A DNA stretch of 63,108 nucleotides, the filler included, from Octopus bimaculoides (Eukaryota), in NCBI RefSeq assembly GCF_001194135.2. It is 5 parts of 5 records of this genome, joined end to end, with 100 filler letters (N's around TTAATTAATTAA, not from the genome) between each part and the next. Parts side by side here need not be neighbours in the genome. Positions count along the whole stretch, not along the records: positions 49,292 to 63,108 come from NC_069000.1; 4 more parts are not named here. One strand, written 5' to 3'. The notes below the pieces were generated by a model. It had not been told where the DNA came from. It did no database searches and saw nothing but the letters and a program-made list of their open reading frames with translations. The stretch's first letter is position 1; every line of letters begins with the position of its first letter. Of this stretch, positions 60,181 to 63,108 are shown one piece after another. The position numbers and the translations under genes were made by a program.

Positions 60181-62385
60181 TCTTGGCTTGGCTTCGCTGA
60201 TGAAGATTAGGAAGGCTGTTTTCCATGTCATCTGCACGCTCATTCATGGCTGATAAGGCCGATGTGGGATTGACATATCTGATTGCAATGATGACAGAGG
60301 TATGGTTGTCCAGGGTTTGATGATGCAGCTGCATTATTTTTTTTGCCTCTGACGTTTGTCTTCAAGAGAGGCACTGCAAGAGATCTCAAAGGAAAAAACA
60401 GCATCGCTGATGGTATGGCGCCAAGCAATATGGTCAGCTGTTAGAGTAGACCACTCACGATAATCAATGCCACAAACACTAATGGACTGCTTCAGGCAGT
60501 CCATGTAATGCTTCTTTGGTGCCCCCTTGTTGCAGTGGTCAGTGGTGAGCTCACCGTACATGATGATCTTGGGTAGACAGTGGTCTTTCATCCTGTCAAC
60601 GAGTCCTGTCCAACGTAGTCGTGTCTCAAGTAATATGGCTTCCAGGCTGGTGACCTCTGTTCACTTGAGGACCTCAGTGTTGGTGATGTAGTCACTCCAG
60701 TAAATGCTGAGGATGGTATGAAGGCAGCGTTGATGAAAACGTTCAAGGAGCCTGCGATGACAGAGGTAGAGGACCCAGGATTCAGAGCCATATATGAGCA
60801 TTGTAAGGATGACAGCCCTGTAGACTCTGGCTTTTGTGCTGATCTAAATATGCTTATTATTCCTCACATGCTTGTACAGCCTGCCAAATATTTTGTTTGC
60901 CTTTGCAAGTCTGTTGTCAAATTCCTTATTGATACTCACATCTGATGAAATGGTACATCCAAGATAAGTGAACTGCTGTACTGACTTTCAATTCTGTTTC
61001 AGCAATGGTGATGTGGAGCATCTTGTACTCTTCCTGAGGAACCGGTTGGTGTAGGACTTCAGTCTTTTTTAAGCTTACTTCCAGCCAGAAGATCTAGGCA
61101 GCCTCTGCAAAGCAGGATGTGGTGCACTGCAGGGCTCTTTCTCTGTGTGTGCGACAAATGCAGCATCATCTGCAAAGAGGAGGTCCTGGATAAATTGCTC
61201 TTGAGTCTTGGTGTGGGCCTGAAGATGCCAGATGTTGAAAAAGACTGCTGTCCAGATGGTACCTGATGTAGACATCATCTTCAGTGTCAAGGTCTGCAGT
61301 GGCCCGCTTAAGCATCATGCTGAAGAAGATGCTGAAGAGAGTTGGTGCTAGGACACAGCCCTGCTTCACACCGCTATTGATGGGAAATGGCTCTGTTATG
61401 TCACTATTTAGGCGGACTTGTCCTTGCTAGTCTTTGTGAAGCTGAATAAATAATCATGGTTATGAATTTTAGGAGACAGCCAAGTCGGTTTAGGATCTGC
61501 AACAGACCTTTCCTGCTCACAGTGTCAAATGTTTTTGTCAGATTGATAAATGTTACATAAAGCGGTTTGTTTTGCTCCTGGCACTTTTCTTGGAGCTGCC
61601 TGAGAACAAAAACTATATCTGTTGTGATCCTGTTGCCTCTGAAACCACATTGTCTTTCTGGAAGATGATTTTCTGCAATGGACAGAACAAGTCTGTTGAG
61701 GAATAGTCTTGTTAGATCAAAGCAGGGTGATCTCCTAGTAGTTTGAGCAGTCTGATTTTTGCCCTTTGTTTTTGTATAGTGTAATGATGACAGCATTGCG
61801 GAGATCTTGTCGCACCTTGCTTTGTTCCCAGCATGCAACAAGGAGCTCATGGAGTTTAGCATGTATGACAGGACCCCCATGCTTCCATATCTCTGATGGT
61901 ATGCCATCAACTCCTGCTAGCTTTCTGCTCTTCAGCCTATGGCAACTGTGGTCTCTTCCAGAGTTGGAGGCTCATCTAATTCTACTCTGACTGGTTGCTG
62001 TTGGATGTGGAGAGTTGCATTTTCCTGGACAACTTGGTTTGCACTGAAGAGAGTCTGAAAGTATTCAGGCCAGCAGTTGAGGACGGTTGCTGTGTCAGTG
62101 AGAAGTGCCTGGCCATCTGAACTGCACAGGGGACTCTAGACTTGATATACTGGGCTGTAGACAGCTTTGAGAGCTTCATAGAACCCCCTGTAGTTGCCAG
62201 AGTCAGCACACAGCTGGGTTCTCCCTATGAGGTTGGTCCACCACTCATTCTGAACTCCACAGAGTTTGTGCTGCAGAAAGCTGCAGGCTTAGCAAAGGGC
62301 TGCTTTCTTCTCTAGGCAGGTCGGTTGTGCCAGGCGTGCTTGGTGGACAGAGTTCTTTTTCTTTAATAATTCCTGGATCACCATA
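60181..62385 (-). mobile_element. RTE-clade (BovB-like) LINE, 5'-truncated, RT pseudogene with intact 3' end
   Basis: Joined frames give IQELL..NEWW, QCGFRGNR.T.D..F.LRQLQEKC.EQN, KQGCVLAPTLFSIFFS, DLLFADDAA and C.HCNQICQSHIGLISHE. The 3' end is TAATCTTCATCAGCGAAGCCAAGCCAAGA. Confidence 0.92.
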
Positions 62386-62513
62386 GTTAAAGTAAATATA
62401 AAAGAATAAATAACTCAACAAAGTATATAGAATTATATATAAAGGGAAAATATATACACACACATATATACACGATAAAAGTCATGATTAGCATAAGTAA
62501 AACCAGTCAACTA

Positions 62514-62769
62514 TTCTTTTATTCTTTTACTTGTTTCAATCTTTGACTGTGGCCATGCTGGAGCACTGCCTTTAGTTGAGCAAATTGACCCCAGGACTTA
62601 TTCTCTGTAAGCCTAGTACTTATCTTATCGATCACTTTTGCCAAACTGCTAAGTTATAGGGATATAAACACACCAGTATCGATTGTCAAGCGATGTTGGG
62701 GGGACAAACACAGACACACAAACACACACACACACACACACACANNNNNNNNNNACAAACACAGACACA

Positions 62770-62807
<38 letters not shown>

Positions 62808-63015
62808 TACACACATATATATATATATATGTATATATATATATGTATCCACAACAGGATTCTTTCAGTTTCCGTCTACCAAATCCACTGACAAGGCTTT
62901 GGTCGGCCCAAGGATACAGTAGAAGAAACTTGCCCAAAGTGCCATGCAGTGGGACTGAACCCAGAACGATGTGGTTGGTAATCAAGCTACTTACCACACA
63001 GCCTCTCCTGTGCCT
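62514..63015 (-). mobile_element. SINE family B, full length, CpG-decayed
   Basis: Tail, internal (CA)/(TA) and head through ..CTTACCACACAGCCTCTCCTGTGCCT. Confidence 0.9.
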
Positions 63016-63108
63016 ATGTATATATTTTTGTGATAAAAAGAAAATATATTTTTCTTTTAACAAAATTTTTGTGCATTTCCTTCTTTTTATATTTTTTACT
63101 ATATATAT

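Overview
This is AT-rich, microsatellite-dense eukaryotic genomic DNA from a gapped short-read scaffold. The tRNA-derived SINE families and repeat landscape point to a coleoid cephalopod, most likely Octopus (inference). I find no intact host protein-coding gene, tRNA gene, rRNA or CRISPR array. Almost all ORFs in the supplied track are microsatellite or N-gap artefacts. What is present is layered transposon debris: a near full-length decayed mariner nested in a SINE, two other Tc1/mariner relics, a hAT MITE, a Helitron PIF1 fragment, RTE LINE fragments (APE and RT), an R4/Dong-type RLE fragment, Penelope-like element 3' ends, and many SINEs with mixed head/core/tail modules. Two signals stand out. 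(1) Seven hammerhead-ribozyme motifs from about five repeat families, including an intact canonical GUC hammerhead at 14791-14845. (2) A switch from CpG-retaining to CpG-decayed repeat copies at about 47-51 kb, suggesting the edge of a germline-methylated domain such as a gene body. All alignments and foldings were done by eye, and family names are from recalled consensus motifs rather than database searches.
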